A DNA stretch of 64,000 bases from Eledone cirrhosa (taxonomy: Eukaryota): assembly GCA_964016885.1 (NCBI GenBank), contig OZ024745.1, positions 24,800,001 to 24,864,000 of the forward strand. Direction: 5' to 3'. Position 1 is the first letter of the stretch; each line of letters begins with the position of its first letter. Of this stretch, positions 16,629-30,388 are shown in pieces. The notes beneath the pieces were generated by a model. It ran no database searches. It worked only from the letters and a program-made list of their open reading frames with translations, and had not been told where the DNA came from. Position numbers and translations under genes: made by a program.

Positions 16629-16859
16629 GGGGTTCTGTCCGCATACATATATACGGGGACAGAAACACACTCACACATACACACGCACATACACACACAC
16701 ATACATATACATACATACATACATATACACGGTACAGACAGAAACACACACATACACATCCGTCTGTCTGTGTGTTTGTGTGTGAGTGTTGCGTATGTAT
16801 GTTTGTGTGTGTATGTGTGTGTGTGTATGTGTGTATGTGTGTTTGTATATGTGTGTGTG

Positions 16860-16890
<31 letters not shown>

Positions 16891-17347
16891 GAATACATAC
16901 ATCAATCGTCACACCCCGTTTATCATAACATCTTTCTATCCCTGCCCCCTTCACCATACACACCTGCAACCCCCAAGTCCTGCTTCACACATTTGTTCAA
17001 TCGCTATCTCTTCTCTTTTATCAAACACATATATACACAGATTGATATATACACATTATACATACACACGTTCTCCACAAAAATACATACAAGAGTTTTA
17101 ATGCAAGTACATACATACATAGATATATCAACCACATTCCATCTTTATGCAAAACCGCATATAAACGTCTACATAATCATACAGGCTAACTCAAAAGCAG
17201 GGAATACACCGTAACGAAAAAAATCAAATAACTACGCACATGTAAACACACAGTCACATTCATGTATTGTGCACACACATGCATGCACGCATATACACAT
17301 ATACAGCAAATATTCACGTAAGCATAAATATATGAGGGTCTATGTAC

Positions 17348-17398
<51 letters not shown>

Positions 17399-17437
17399 TG
17401 TTTTTCTGTGTATGTGTGTGTATGTGTGTGTGTGTGT

Positions 17438-17492
<55 letters not shown>

Positions 17493-17602
17493 TGTCTGTC
17501 TGTCTGCCTGTTTGTCTGTGTATGTGTGTGTGTGTGTGTGTGTGTCTGTCTGCCTGTTTGTCTGTGTATGTGTGTATTTGTTTTTGTGTGTATGTGTGAG
17601 AG

Positions 17603-17643
<41 letters not shown>

Positions 17644-17958
17644 GTCTGTCTGTGTATGTATGAGAGAGAGAGAGAGAGGGGGAGGGCGTGTGTGTGTGTG
17701 TATATGTATGTGAGTGAGTGTGTGTGTGTTCGCTAAAGTCGTCTGGCCTTTTACACTGCGCATGTGCAGGGGTCGACTGTCATTTTTGTCTACAGGCGTA
17801 TCAAGACCGAGAGAAATTGTAAACAATCTTTCAAAATAATGTGTGGCGTACATATTTCTCGGAATATTACTACCAAATATATTTACTTAGATACTAAGAT
17901 ACTTAAATACTAAGCCGGTCAGAACCGTTGAGACCAATAACCAACATCAATAACAATG

Positions 17959-17989
<31 letters not shown>

Positions 17990-18629
17990 TAACATCTAAG
18001 ACCATAAATTAAAAATAGAACCATTTCTTTAGTAAGAGACTGGCTACCACGTTCTATGAAATATTCCCGACTGTTAGAAAAGATTTTGTTTATGTTTATC
18101 GTAAAAGAAATGTCCCTGGAGATGGTAAGAGTAGAGAATATGAAAATATATATGTAGAGAGAGAGGGGGAAAGAGAGATCCATGTTAAATAAAAATTCGC
18201 ACTCGTGTATCTGGTTATAAATGTGTTTCTTTATAAACACAAAATCACACACATACATATAAATGTGTGTGTGTGTGTGTGTATGTTTGTGTGTATGTGT
18301 GTGTGTGCGAGTGTGTGTATGTGTGTGTAGGATTCTGGCAATGAAAAATAGTTGAACAAGATGTGCATAGCCCCAAGAGATGGAAGTGAGTTCGAGTCCC
18401 ACGAGCGATGCTGTCTACTTTTCCCGTCGAAATAACTTACTTTAAGCTAACATGAATTCATAATTTGCTCAATGTTACGCACATACGGCTAGCTGTCGTT
18501 ACGGCCGGAGCTCAGCCCTCTCGGAGTCCTGACTTTTTTCCTATTACCCACTCTACTACCCTAAGTATCGAGTACTCTGGTGCGTTATGGTCCACATGGT
18601 TTCTTACCACACTTTCTTTGTTATATATT

Positions 18630-18799
<170 letters not shown>

Positions 18800-19231
18800 T
18801 GTGTGTGTGAGCAAAATGTAAACAGATATACAACACATTGAAACGATATAGTACAATGAAAGTATATATTAGTTTAACTCTTGATATAGTAGGAAAACTG
18901 GTACAACGTTTCGTACGCTAGTTTTTCATCGGAAGGTAGAAGGAGAGACAAAAGAAGAAATAGAAAGATAGTAAGAAGAGGAAAAAACAGAAAACAAATT
19001 GAGAGGAAATGTATGTGTATGTATGTGAACGCGTGTGTATCTCTATGTACGTATGTATGAGTGGGCCAGCAGTACTGTTGGGAAGTGTCGAAAGTCCACC
19101 TCAACAGCCGATGACCCTGCAGTTCTGTTTGTATTTTGTTTTTTAAAATAATTTTTAAAGGTTTCCCTTAAAAATTGTTTTTCGTTCGTTGTCTTGTCCT
19201 CTCTTTGTTATTTTTCTTAAGGTTATATATG

Positions 19232-19300
<69 letters not shown>

Positions 19301-19311
19301 GTGTGTAACAT

Positions 19312-19379
19312 CTCTGTCTGATGACCGATCCAGACGTATATTAATATTGTCTGGGATCCAGAAACCTTTGGTAATGGAG
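19312..19379 (+). ncRNA. Type I hammerhead ribozyme
   Basis: CTCTGT-CTGATGA-cc-GATCC AGAC...GTCT g GGATC-ca-GAAA-CC ttt GG-TA^ATGGAG; base of stem II is mismatched. Confidence 0.65.
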
Positions 19380-19471
19380 TAGTTATATTTTGTGTTGTTC
19401 ACTTTCTTATTAAATAGCTCTGTTCTATACATAGAGCACTCTTTTTTCCTTTGCTTTTCGTTCGGAATTAC

Positions 19472-19535
<64 letters not shown>

Positions 19536-20096
19536 TAGAGAGAGAGAGAGAGAAAGAGAGACTGGTGGGGCTCAAGAATGAAAATTAGCGGAATTTATTG
19601 TGATGAAGATGATGGTGATTACAACAAATTCTAGGAGGAGGAGGAGAATGATATCGTAGGAGGGGAAACCTACAGATAATAATGATAAAGCAGAATATTA
19701 TCTCACTATTTTCTAAAAATTGGACTTTTTCTCCCAGAGAAAGGTTATCTCTCTCTGCCAATCATTAGATCTCAATAGATAAGACCAAAAACAAAAGTTT
19801 GAATGAAAAATAACAGAAAGGGTGAGAAAAAGAAAAAAAGTATGTCTTCAGTTTCTAAATTAAAAACCAAAATAAAACATGTTTTAATAATTTATTTCTT
19901 TGCCTTGTGTGAAACTCTATTCCTGTGAGATTATATTTAAGGATACTGCATCAAAAGGTATCATTAAATGCTGCAATTGCTGAGGAAATGAACTGTAAAG
20001 GAAACGCTTATATATTAGCTCATATATAGTTCCGATCAAAAGAGAAAGGACCATCTTTATAATGCTTGATTTATATATTTCTTAATACAAGAAGTA

Positions 20097-21957
20097 ATGA
20101 TAGTGATTTCTGATTTAGGCACAAGGCCAACAACTTTGTGGAAAAGGGAAAGTCGATTAAATCAACCTCAGTGTATTACTGGTATTTGTTTTATCGACCT
20201 CGTAAAGATGAAAGGCAAAGGTAACCTCGGCAGGATTTTAACTCAGAGTTTAAAGGGCCGTAACTCCATGCCACCAAGCATATTGTCCGACGCTCTACCG
20301 GCCCTGCCAATCCACCGCCCTAATACAAGAAGTAATAATTATTGCTTCTACTTTAAGCACAAGGTCAGCAATGTGAAGGGAGGGGAAATTCGATTAAATC
20401 GACCCCAGTACATTACCGGTGCTTTATTTGTCGACCCTGTAAGGATAAAAGGCAAAGCTAACCTCGACGGAATTTTAACTCAGAGCGTAAAGGGCCGTAA
20501 CTACATGCTGCAAAGTATATTGTCCGACGTTCTACCGACTCTGACAATCCACCACCCAAATACAAGAAGTAATAATAATTGTTTTCTACTTTTGGCACAA
20601 GGCCAGCAATTATCCCAGTTATTACTGGTACTTTATTTTATCGACCCCGTAAGGATGAAAAGCAAAGTTAACCTCGGCGGGATTTGAACTCAGACCATAA
20701 AGGACCGTAACTCTTTGCTGCAAAGCATGGCGTCCGACCCTCTACCGATACTGCCAATCCCCCACCCATGGCGTCCGACCCTCTACCGATACTGCCAATC
20801 CCCCACCCATGGCGTCCGACCCTCTACCGATACTGCCAATCCCCCACCCATGGCGTCCGACCCTCTACCGATACTGCCAATCCCCCACCCATGGCGTCCG
20901 GCCCTCTACCTATACTGCCAATCCCCCACCCATGGCGTCCGACCCTCTACCGATACTGCCAATCCCCCACACATGGCGTCCGACCCTCTACCGATACTGC
21001 CAATCCCCCACCCATGGCGTCCGACCCTCTACCGATACTGCCAATCCCCCACCCATGGCGTCCGACCCTCTACCGATACTGCCAATCCACCACCCATGGC
21101 GTCCAACTCTCTACCGATACTGCCAATCCACCGCCCATGGCGTCCGACCCTCTACCGATACTGCCAATCCCCCACCCATGGCGTCCGACCCTCTACCGAT
21201 ACTGCCAATCCCCCACCCATGGCGTCCGACCCTCTACCGATACTGCCAATCCACCACCCATGGCGTCCGACCCTCTACCGATACTGCCAATCCACCACCC
21301 ATGGCGTCCAACCCTCTACCGATACTGCCAATCCCCCACCCATGGCGTCCAACCCTCTACCGATACTGCCAATCCACCGCCCATGGCGTCCGACCCTCTA
21401 CCGATACTGCCAATCCACCACCCATGGCGTCCGACCCCCTACCGATACTGCCAATCCCCCACCCATGGCGTCCGACCCTCTACCGATACTGCCAATCCCC
21501 CACCCATGGCGTCCAACCCTCTACCGATACTGCCAATCCACCACCCATGGCGTCCAACCCTCTACCGATACTGCCAATCCACCACCCATGGCGTCCGACC
21601 CTCTACCGATACTGCCAATCCACCACCCATGGCGTCCAACTCTCTACCGATACTGCCAATCCACCACCCATGGCGTCCAACCCTCTACCGATACTGCCAA
21701 TCCACCACCCATGGCGTCTGACCCTCTACCGATACTGCCAATCCACCGCCCTTGAAGTAATAATAATGAAGTAATAATTGTTTCAACTTTTGGCACAAGG
21801 CCAGCAATTACCCAGTGTATTACCGGTACTTTATTTTATCGACCCCCGTAAGGATGAAAGACAAAATTAACCTCGGCGGGATTTGAACTCAGAATGGCAA
21901 GGGCCGTAACTTAATGCGTCAAAGCATGGCGTTCGACCCTCTACCGATACTGCCAAT
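20097..21957 (-). mobile_element. Head-to-tail stack of four SINEs (about 20097-20320, 20334-20557, 20572-21750, 21772-21957)
   Basis: Four cores and B boxes separated by repeats of (AATACAA)GAAGTAAT. Confidence 0.9.
20726..21750 (-). repeat. 25 x 41-bp tandem array of the SINE tRNA head (A box)
   Basis: Unit CATGGCGTCCGACCCTCTACCGATACTGCCAATCC(C/A)CCACC; 1025 bp = 25 x 41. Confidence 0.95.
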
Positions 21958-22221
21958 GTAATAACAATGATAATAATTTCACTATTAGTCATGTGATTTT
22001 ATTCTTAAAATTTGGCAAAGATTTCATTCTTTTAGACCTAATCTTTTATTTCGCTTTTTCTTCCTCTCCTTCAATATTCTTCCTACATTCCGATTCTTAT
22101 TACAAACACCTTTGTCTTTCAACTTTATTATTCATGTTTCTACCGAATATTTGAGATATTAAAAAGGCGATATTTATTTAAGATTTTGGGGAACACTCAG
22201 AGATGAGAAAAAATCTATAAC

Positions 22222-22222
<1 letters not shown>

Positions 22223-22252
<30 letters not shown>

Positions 22253-22330
22253 CTTCTTCTTCTTCTTCTTCTTCTTCTTCTTCTTCTTCTTCTTCTTCTT
22301 CTTCTTCTTCTTCTTCTTCTTCTTTTCTTC
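22223..22330. repeat. (CTT)n microsatellite
   Basis: Direct reading. Confidence 0.95.
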
Positions 22331-23469
22331 AGACTTAATAAAAAAAGAAAACAACTAAAAGAAAGTTAGACATTTCCTTAACCTTTATACATAGAGTAAT
22401 CTATCGAAATCAATAAAGAGGATTGATAAGATTTTAAAAGATGTTTCTAATCGTTAGAAATATCTTTTGCATTGAATAGATAAAAAAAAAACAACTCAGA
22501 AATATAGCCTCGAGTGACAGAAAGAAGGCCGCCAATTTCATATTTAAGAATTTTACTAGACATGATGGAAGAAATGATAAACCGTTAGAAGGTTTCCGAA
22601 TGTGTAGCAGGGATTTTATCCGGAAGCTTCAGCTATTGAAAGAATATACATTACAAGGAGAAAGCTTCAATAAGAATATCTCAATGTTTTCTAAATTCTT
22701 CTCGAAAAGATCATCGTAGGTGTCTAAGAAAACCAAATCAAATCTTCAAAGGAGATTGTCTAAGACAGAGGTTCTCAGACATTTTAAGCCATTGCCCCCA
22801 CCCCCGACCCCACGGCCACGTAATACCCTCTGTGCCTCCAACCCCTATTTCCAGAGAGATTCGCCTACGCGTAATATATAATAAAATCATTAATTTATAT
22901 AAAATAAATAATATAATACTATGTATAAATAATAAAAATTATATTTTTTTTTATTTTACTATATTTACACAGAATATATCTATCATTTTATATTTAATAT
23001 GCTATTATATCATACGTGTACAATACTATAATAATATTATAAATAATAAATTCATAGTCCCCCCCCCCCCCCAATACACCACCAAAAAGGAGATCTTTCT
23101 ACGTACGTAAATATATACTAACCCTTCTCCCTGAACCCCTCCCTAAAAACCTATCTCAGCTGGATTCGATACGTAAAAGCATTGAAATCTTAAACACAAA
23201 AAAAAATTATTTTTGGTGAATCAGAAAGAATGAGAAAAACCAATGCTCGCCATTTTATGGTTACTGGTCGCATAATACAATTTAAACTAATTAAATTTTG
23301 AATAATAGTAAATTTAAATTCATAAAAATTCTGAATACACTAAATTAAAAAAAAGGAAAGCGATAACTACCTAGGGAGAGAAGAGGAAATTTCAAGACAC
23401 CAATCCCTTCCTGCTTCGCTTTCTCCTCCCTCATCCCTCTAACCCCCTTCCCCTTCCCCCATCCTTCCC

Positions 23470-23880
23470 CCTCTCTCTATCTATCTATCTCTATCTCTAT
23501 CTCTATCTCCCTCCCCATCTCTCTATCTCTCTCTCTCATTTTCTCCCCCCTCTCTATCTCTCTCACTTTCTCCCTCCCCCTCTCTCTATCTATCTATCTC
23601 ACTTTCTCCCTCCCCCTCTTTCTATCTATCTCTCTCTCTCACTTTCTCCCTCCCCCTCTATCTATCTCTATCACTACTCTCTCACTTTCTCCCACTCCCT
23701 CTCTCTATCTCTGTCTCTAACTCTTTCACTTTCTCCCTCCCCCTCTATCTATCTATCTCTATCTCTATAACTTTCTCCCTCCCCTCTCTCTATCTCTCTC
23801 TCTCTCTCTCTCACTTTCTCCCTCCCCCTCTCTCTATCTATCTCTCTCACTTTCTCCCCCACCCTCTCTCTCCCTCTTTC
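23470..23880. repeat. Polypyrimidine minisatellite (CACTTTCTCCCTCCCC-TCTA unit)
   Basis: About 10 degenerate units. Confidence 0.8.
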
Positions 23881-24715
23881 ATTGCAAACATCTTAACCAC
23901 GCAGCCATATTGTCCCAATACGCCTATCAATCTAAAGCAGCTCCAGGATTTTCTAGGAAAAGATTTAGCAGACTAATCTCTAATTAACTGATTTCACTGA
24001 CCATGAAAAATCAAATAATTTACGTGATTTTTCACCCCAATGAATGGAATATAATAATAGCTACCCTATATATAGTATACTTATGTCTGTTGTAGGTATA
24101 TATATATATTTAGTTTCAGAAGATCCCGTTATGGGTGAAAGCAGCGATTCTTTGCTTAAACTTTAATCTGTTATTTTAATAAATATTTGCTCTACGGTTC
24201 TTATATATTTGATATATATTTATCCTTTTCGAGCACTCTTTGGATTTTAGTCTTCACATTTATTATTATTACTATATATATATATATGTGTGTGTGTGAG
24301 TGTGTGTATGTGTGTGTGGGGGGGGGGGGTACTCATCGGTATAGTGACTAGCATCACATACCAGAATTGTAAATAACATCTTATGAAGGAATGAAAATAT
24401 TAGCCAGGATGTATAGAAAGAAAATCTGTTTTTTCTTCTTTTTTTCTCTTTGACGAGCTCCCTTTTTCATTATTGCAAATCATTCATGGAAATACATTCG
24501 TACGCGCACAGTTCAAAAATTGCCTTCTATAGATCTGTCTTTACAGAAACCACACTGATGGTCCTTGAGAAGGAACAAGGCTCAATGTGTTGAAAGGTGT
24601 GGTCGTTTGAAGTGAGGTTTAAATGTTGGAAACTCAAAATATAAGAGAGATTTAATTTCTGAGGAATGAAATACTGTTTTCGGTAACTGAGATACATCCT
24701 TGGCATGATATATAC

Positions 24716-24803
<88 letters not shown>

Positions 24804-24846
24804 AGATAGGTAGGTACGTACGTAGGTAAGTATATGTATGTATGTG

Positions 24847-24878
<32 letters not shown>

Positions 24879-25167
24879 TGTATGTATGTATGTATGTATG
24901 TATGTATGTATGTATATATGTGTGTATGTATATGTGTGTGTGTACGAATGTATGACAGCGGATGAAAGCTAGATGGGTAAAGTCATAGGAGGAAAGAAAT
25001 TGAGACAAATCTGGGATGAAACAAGAAACAATGTGAAGGAAAGACAGAATTTCAGAACGACATTAAGAGATACGAGCTTAAAGATATACATATATATTCA
25101 AGAATAGGGAAAGCACTTATGTGATCTTCACCAGTTGTATCACTGGTTTTCTGTCCTCCATGTTATA

Positions 25168-25361
25168 CTGAAAAGTTCATAGGCTGACTATGAAGTAGTG
25201 ATGCGAGAGCTGTGAAATCTTGCATGAATTAATTCCAACTCTTCTTATTAATAACTGCATTGTTTCTTTCCAAGGAATATGTTGAAAAATAAAACTCGTT
25301 TGGTCATTCCATGAGAGTATCTTGGTCAGCCTATGAACTTGTCAGCCTATGAACTTTTCAG
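25168..25361. mobile_element. Mariner-type MITE remnant
   Basis: TIR CTGAAAAGTTCATAGGCTGAC / GTCAGCCTATGAACTTTTCAG, with the right TIR partly duplicated. Confidence 0.7.
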
Positions 25362-25783
25362 CCGACTTTCGTAGAAGCCTTTGATGTGGAAATTCCCTAG
25401 AGATTTCTTTCTAAATTTCAACGAGTGAGAAAACTGACAGAGATAGAGGCTGCTTTCATATTGCCACCGCCAACCTCTCTAATGGCTGCATTTCCTTTTA
25501 CAACGGACACTACTATGGATATGATTAGAAAATTTTGACAGCTCGTAAAATCCAGCGACCAGGAAACAAAATTACTATATCATTCCTAAATAGGGGGAAT
25601 ATCCGGAGATGTCAACAATTTCGAGCTCCTGATAATCTATGATCCAAATCATGAATCACTCAAGTTTCTTCTGAAAAATCTCCAAAAACAATTTTATAAA
25701 CTTATGAAAAAGCGGTGAGCACATCCTTTAGCATCATCATCATCATCACCATCATCGTCATCAACATAATAATGATAATAATA

Positions 25784-26005
25784 ATAATTGTTTCTACGTT
25801 AGGCACAAGTCCAGCAATTTGGGGGGAAGGAAAAAGTCGATTAAATCGACTCCAGTACGTTACTGGTACATTATTATATTGACCCTGTAAGGATGAAAAG
25901 CAATGCTATAATCTCGGCGGGATTTGAACTCAGAGCGTAAAGGGCCGTAACTATGTGCCATAAAGCATGTTGTCCGATGCTCTACCGATACTGCCAATCC
26001 ACCGC
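25784..26005 (-). mobile_element. SINE, long subfamily
   Basis: Core plus an extra segment also seen in the 20.1 kb and 44.9 kb copies; AATAATGATAAT on both flanks. Confidence 0.88.
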
Positions 26006-26021
26006 AATAATGATAATGATA

Positions 26022-26118
26022 ATTGAACCGGATACCTGGAAAACCATCTCTGCCAGAGATACAGAAAATAGTGCTGACTGGTACTGGCCATGTCCTAAGA
26101 ACGGCATTAACAATTTAA
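26022..26118 (+). pseudogene. Extreme C-terminus of an RLE-type (R4/Dong-like) LINE ORF
   Basis: EIQKIVLTGTGHVLRTALTI* is typical of the end of RLE-LINE ORFs. Confidence 0.5.
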
Positions 26119-26930
26119 AAACCTTGCAAAGACATTTACTCTTGTCTGTGCCCTTGTGGCTTCATCTAAACTATGATAAAGTAAGGAATGCGTACGGTTT
26201 ATAATTTTTTATCCCATAAGTAAAATAAGTTGGATTACTTTCAATAAATAATGAATGAATATTACATAATTTATCTACTAAATTTCGTAGCTGTTCATTA
26301 AATATATTTTATTGTTTATTTAAAGATTCACTTCTTTAAAATGTTCAAATGTCAACACATCCGGTTAGCGATCGCTTAAATAAACATTCATATATTTCCG
26401 CCACTAATTTTTTCCTAATGCAGTTTATATATAATATCGTCTTTTTTTAATGTATCATGGATTACTTTACTGATTTCATAAGAGAGTGTAACACAGTCTT
26501 CGTTAAATTTCTGTGTATATTGTCAATTACGATTTTATTTGATGTATCATATCTACATGCATATATACTTGCGTATAATATTAATATGCACACTATACCG
26601 GCTAGCAGAAAATCACCCGAGGGTGGATTTTCTGCTAGTTTGTATAACAATTGATTGTAAAATGTGTGTATTATCAAATATTGTCTCAGGTGTCAGGTTG
26701 ACACTTGGCATGATTTGGGAAAGAAGCAGAATTCAAAGGAAATATCAAACAACAATAATGTTTCCCTAGCTATCAGTTGCTAGTGAGGCGTGAGAATTGG
26801 CCTGAGATCAATCCCTGCCCACAGGGTGCAATATATCGCGTAGGATTCTGGCAGTGTTAGTGATGGTGGAAATTTGGGCACTGCTTATGAGGTGGGGGTT
26901 CCCAAGGCTTTTGAAGAAAGAAATAAGTCA

Positions 26931-27069
26931 TTAAGGGACCGTGTCTAGTGCTCCATTGGCAATTGGCATTACTTCTGTCTCTACATGGTGATCAGTTCTA
27001 ATAGCGCCTACAAGGTCTGCACACTTATTGATCTTTTCTGCTTCCTTTTCAGCCACATTGTGGTCTTGA
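26931..27069 (-). pseudogene. RLE endonuclease remnant of an R4/Dong-like LINE
   Basis: DHNVAEKEAEKINKCADL...EVMPIANGALDTVP matches the D..V..KE.EKI.KY.DL...PIVIGALG pattern. Confidence 0.65.
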
Positions 27070-27130
27070 TAGATAAATATTGATAGATAGATAAATAGAT
27101 AGAGAGGGGGGAGCAAGATAGATAAATAGA

Positions 27131-30100
27131 TTTCTTTATTTGCCACAATGGCGCACAAGAAAGGGGACAATACAAAGACATGCAGGGGATTTTACATACA
27201 GTCGTGTAAAAATATTAAAACAAACAATTATAACAATCGAAATCCCCAATATGGTGGAAGAGTCACAAATGGGTTGTTTAATACCCCGTCGATAGAACAA
27301 CCCTCAACTCCAGGAGCGTGTTGTGCAAGTGCTCTTTTCTTCCTTTTGCTCTCTTCTTTAACCTACAGTCTTATAAACAGAGAAGGCCCAATCACTCGGG
27401 CCATTTTCGCTTCATTCACCCACCTTTCAGTAAATTTACTGGGGGTGCAGTGCCTCTCACTCCATTCTGATTCTCCTTCTAAAGTGATACTTAAAGAAGG
27501 GAATCAATTGTTGTCCGGAGAGAAAGGCATCTGTCCTCAGTCCTCTCAATCTCGTCCACCCATATAACCTCTTTCACCATAGCCACTATACAGAGGAAAA
27601 CTGCCTCTTTCATTTTTGAAAGAGGTTGGCGGTTTGATCCTTACTATGGACTCGGCAGTCAACTGGATCTGTCCCATACGCGACAGCAGTTGTTCTGCAT
27701 AGTTCCACAGGTCGGTTACGCCCGGGCAGTGTACAATTGCGTGCAAGACGGTTTCAATGTCCTGCTCGCATCTTGGACACGTCCTCTTGAAAGGATCCCT
27801 GTCGGGGCGTCCGTACCTGTAGATCTTGTCTCAAACGGGTAGAGCTCCTCGATAGCACTGCCAGGCCAGGGACCTCTGGAAGTTGTCCATAGGTCCCGGG
27901 CGGAAAGTCCTACCGAACAGACTGGTGGGTTCGTCGTCTTCGACGCCTAGAGTCTCCCCGAGCACGTAGTAAAGTACTAACCCTCTATAGAATGTCGAAG
28001 CGGAGTCTCCACTGATTGCTGTGCCCGCTTGACAGAGGACTGTGAGCGCCTGGGCGCATTCAATGTGCCAGGCGCCCATCTTCTTCGGTCTTCGCTTGAT
28101 CCAGGACTGCAGCTCCGTCAGCGAGACAAGTTGTGGGAAGGCCTGTCTCACAAACGGTGCCCACACTGGTTGGTCGGTGAGGAATACCTGGAGATGCTGT
28201 AGCCCCAGCGCATGTTTGCGCATCATCAGCCACGGCATGCCCAGCCCTCCGTTGGAAGGGTGTTGACAGCAAACGGATCTCCTCACCAGTGGAGCCTGTT
28301 TCTTCCAAAGGAACTGGAAGAGCATGCGTTCCATCTTGGTGAGGTATTCACGGGGACAAGGCACGACAGTCAAGCGGTAGTAGATGACGGACGCTATGAA
28401 AGTGTTCGCCACCTCCGCTCGACCTTTCAAAGACAGTTTGCACTCTGCCCTTTTCTGGGTGAGCGCAAATACCTTGGCCATGACCTCATTCCAGTTTTTC
28501 TCCACCTGGAAGTCTGGACCGAACCAGACCCCGAGCAATTTCACCGGTCCTTTCGTCCGGCGTCCGACGATGTTGTCGGACGGCATCGGTTTGTCTCTCC
28601 ACGTTCCGAGTTGCAAACCGACAGACTTGTCCGGGTTCAGTTTTGCTCCTGTGAACCTTTCGTATTCCTGTAGTAGGTTGCCGATTACCTCGATTTCCGA
28701 GATTTTCGACACCACTTCCGTCACGTATCGGCATAGGCCGACGCCGCTTTTCGCAGTTCCGGTTCTAAAGGGATGCCCTGCAAAAGCTCCAACTCCCGCA
28801 GTAGTGGCTCTAGAGTCAATACGTACAGAATGGAGGAGAGAGGGCATCCCTGTCGAATGGAACGCGTGATTGCGAACGGCTCCGATGGGTAGCCGTTCAC
28901 CTTGACCATCGAGCAGATGCTGGTGTGCATAGCCTTGATCCAGCCTCTGAAAACGGGACCGAAACCGGTCGCCTTGAGAACCGCTTCCAAGTATCGATGG
29001 TCGACCCTATCGAATGCCTTAAACTGATCTAAGTTGATCAGAGCCACACCGAAGCCGGGTTTACACCCCCACCCTCTCTATGATGAATCACATGAGGTGG
29101 AGGTTGTCGTGTTTGGACCTGGTTGGGATTGCACACCGTTTGCGCTTTCCCTACCAGGTTTTCGACGACAAGCGCCAGCCTCGTTGCTAGCACCTTGGCC
29201 AAAATCATTAACTCTGTGTTGAGCAGGGTTATGGGCCTGACATTGTTTATTTCGTCCCCGTTGTTCTCGTCTTTCCTGATCAGCGTTACTACGCCCTTGC
29301 CTGCAGAATTGGGAATTGTCCCGTTCTGCTGCCAATTGCAGTAGACGGCTTCGAGGACGCCAGAGAACAAGTCCGGCGTGCCTATGTAAAACTCATAAGG
29401 TAGACCATCTAGACCGGGTTATTTGCGTTTCCTGCAGCGGCCCAGAGCGTCCCGTATCTCAGTGGCTGTGATCGGTCTTTCGCAGAATTCGACGCCCATG
29501 CTCGAGATACGTGGCAGGCCGTCGAGGTATGAACCAAAGTTCATTGCCCCGTTCAGTGCACCGTCGTTATGCTCAAACAATCGCGCAAAGTGCCGCTGAA
29601 AGACTGCGCACATCTGCCTGGGGTCAAGTAACACGCGTCGGTTTTGGTCTTTCAAAGACCGAATCGTGGACTTGTTGCCACTTTTCGCTTCCGCCACTCG
29701 GGCCCAGCTAACAGCTTTTGCTCCCTCGTTTCCTAGAGCATATGATTTACTTCTGACCACGCAGTCTTCGTGTTTCGCGTCGAAGAACTGGTCCAGTGCC
29801 GTTCTCGATGCTAACACTCTAACTGCGTTGACACACCTAAGCGCCTCTTATACCTTGGCTACTAGTTCAGTTTCTGGTTTGTTTTCCTCTAAAGCTAATT
29901 CTCTGCTAAACCCTATCGATTCTATTCTAATTGCTTTCTTGAGAGAGTACCACCATCTATTGTTGACGATGGCTCCCGTTAACTGTTGCTTGACTAGTCT
30001 ACTTATCCGTTCACTGTAGGCTTTTCGTGTCGGCAAAGACACGTTCAGCTTCCAGTATCCGGGTCCTTGTCTATGTATTCTATCACGGTTGACTATGCAG

Positions 30101-30388
30101 ACGACTAGTTTGTGATCTGAATAGGCAATCATGTGCATTTGTGGACAGCTTAACATCTTCTTGTCCTTTTCTCTAATGAAAAACCTATTTAGATACGATC
30201 TAGATGTCCCGCTGCGGTTTGCCCACGTCCATTGTGATGCAGTCGGGAAATCTAGTCGATATCTATCGGCCAGTTGGAATTGGCCGATTAGATTTTTGAG
30301 GCTGTTGCACCCCGCTCTACTAGGACATGCTCCCACATAGTCCCATCGTGCATCTAAGATACCATTCCAGTCCCCCACTAAAAGCAAG
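27131..30388 (-). mobile_element. 5'-truncated, frameshifted Tx1 (L1-clade) LINE ORF2: APE endonuclease, RT, CCHC tail
   Basis: VGDWN, SDHKLV and GYWKLN (endonuclease); RPITLLN, DQFKAFDRV, IRQGCPLS and AYAD (RT); LSLKGR; HAIVHC; AATAAA followed by a (CTAT)n tail. Confidence 0.93.

Noticed and set aside
17755-17770. NRF1-like TGCGCATGTGCA promoter motif
   Set aside because: Isolated imperfect motif with no associated gene.
18899-18935. Minus-strand CCGATGA...GAAACGTTGTA hammerhead
   Set aside because: Mutated core with no stem I or II pairing; at most a relic.
20726-21750. CRISPR-like regular repeat and three 317-346 aa ORFs
   Set aside because: No unique spacers and no cas genes; the unit is the SINE head, and a stop-free 41-mer opens all three frames.
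23235-23270. Possible host first exon or YY1 site (minus strand AAAATGGCG)
   Set aside because: A single short motif with no good donor site and no downstream exons identified.
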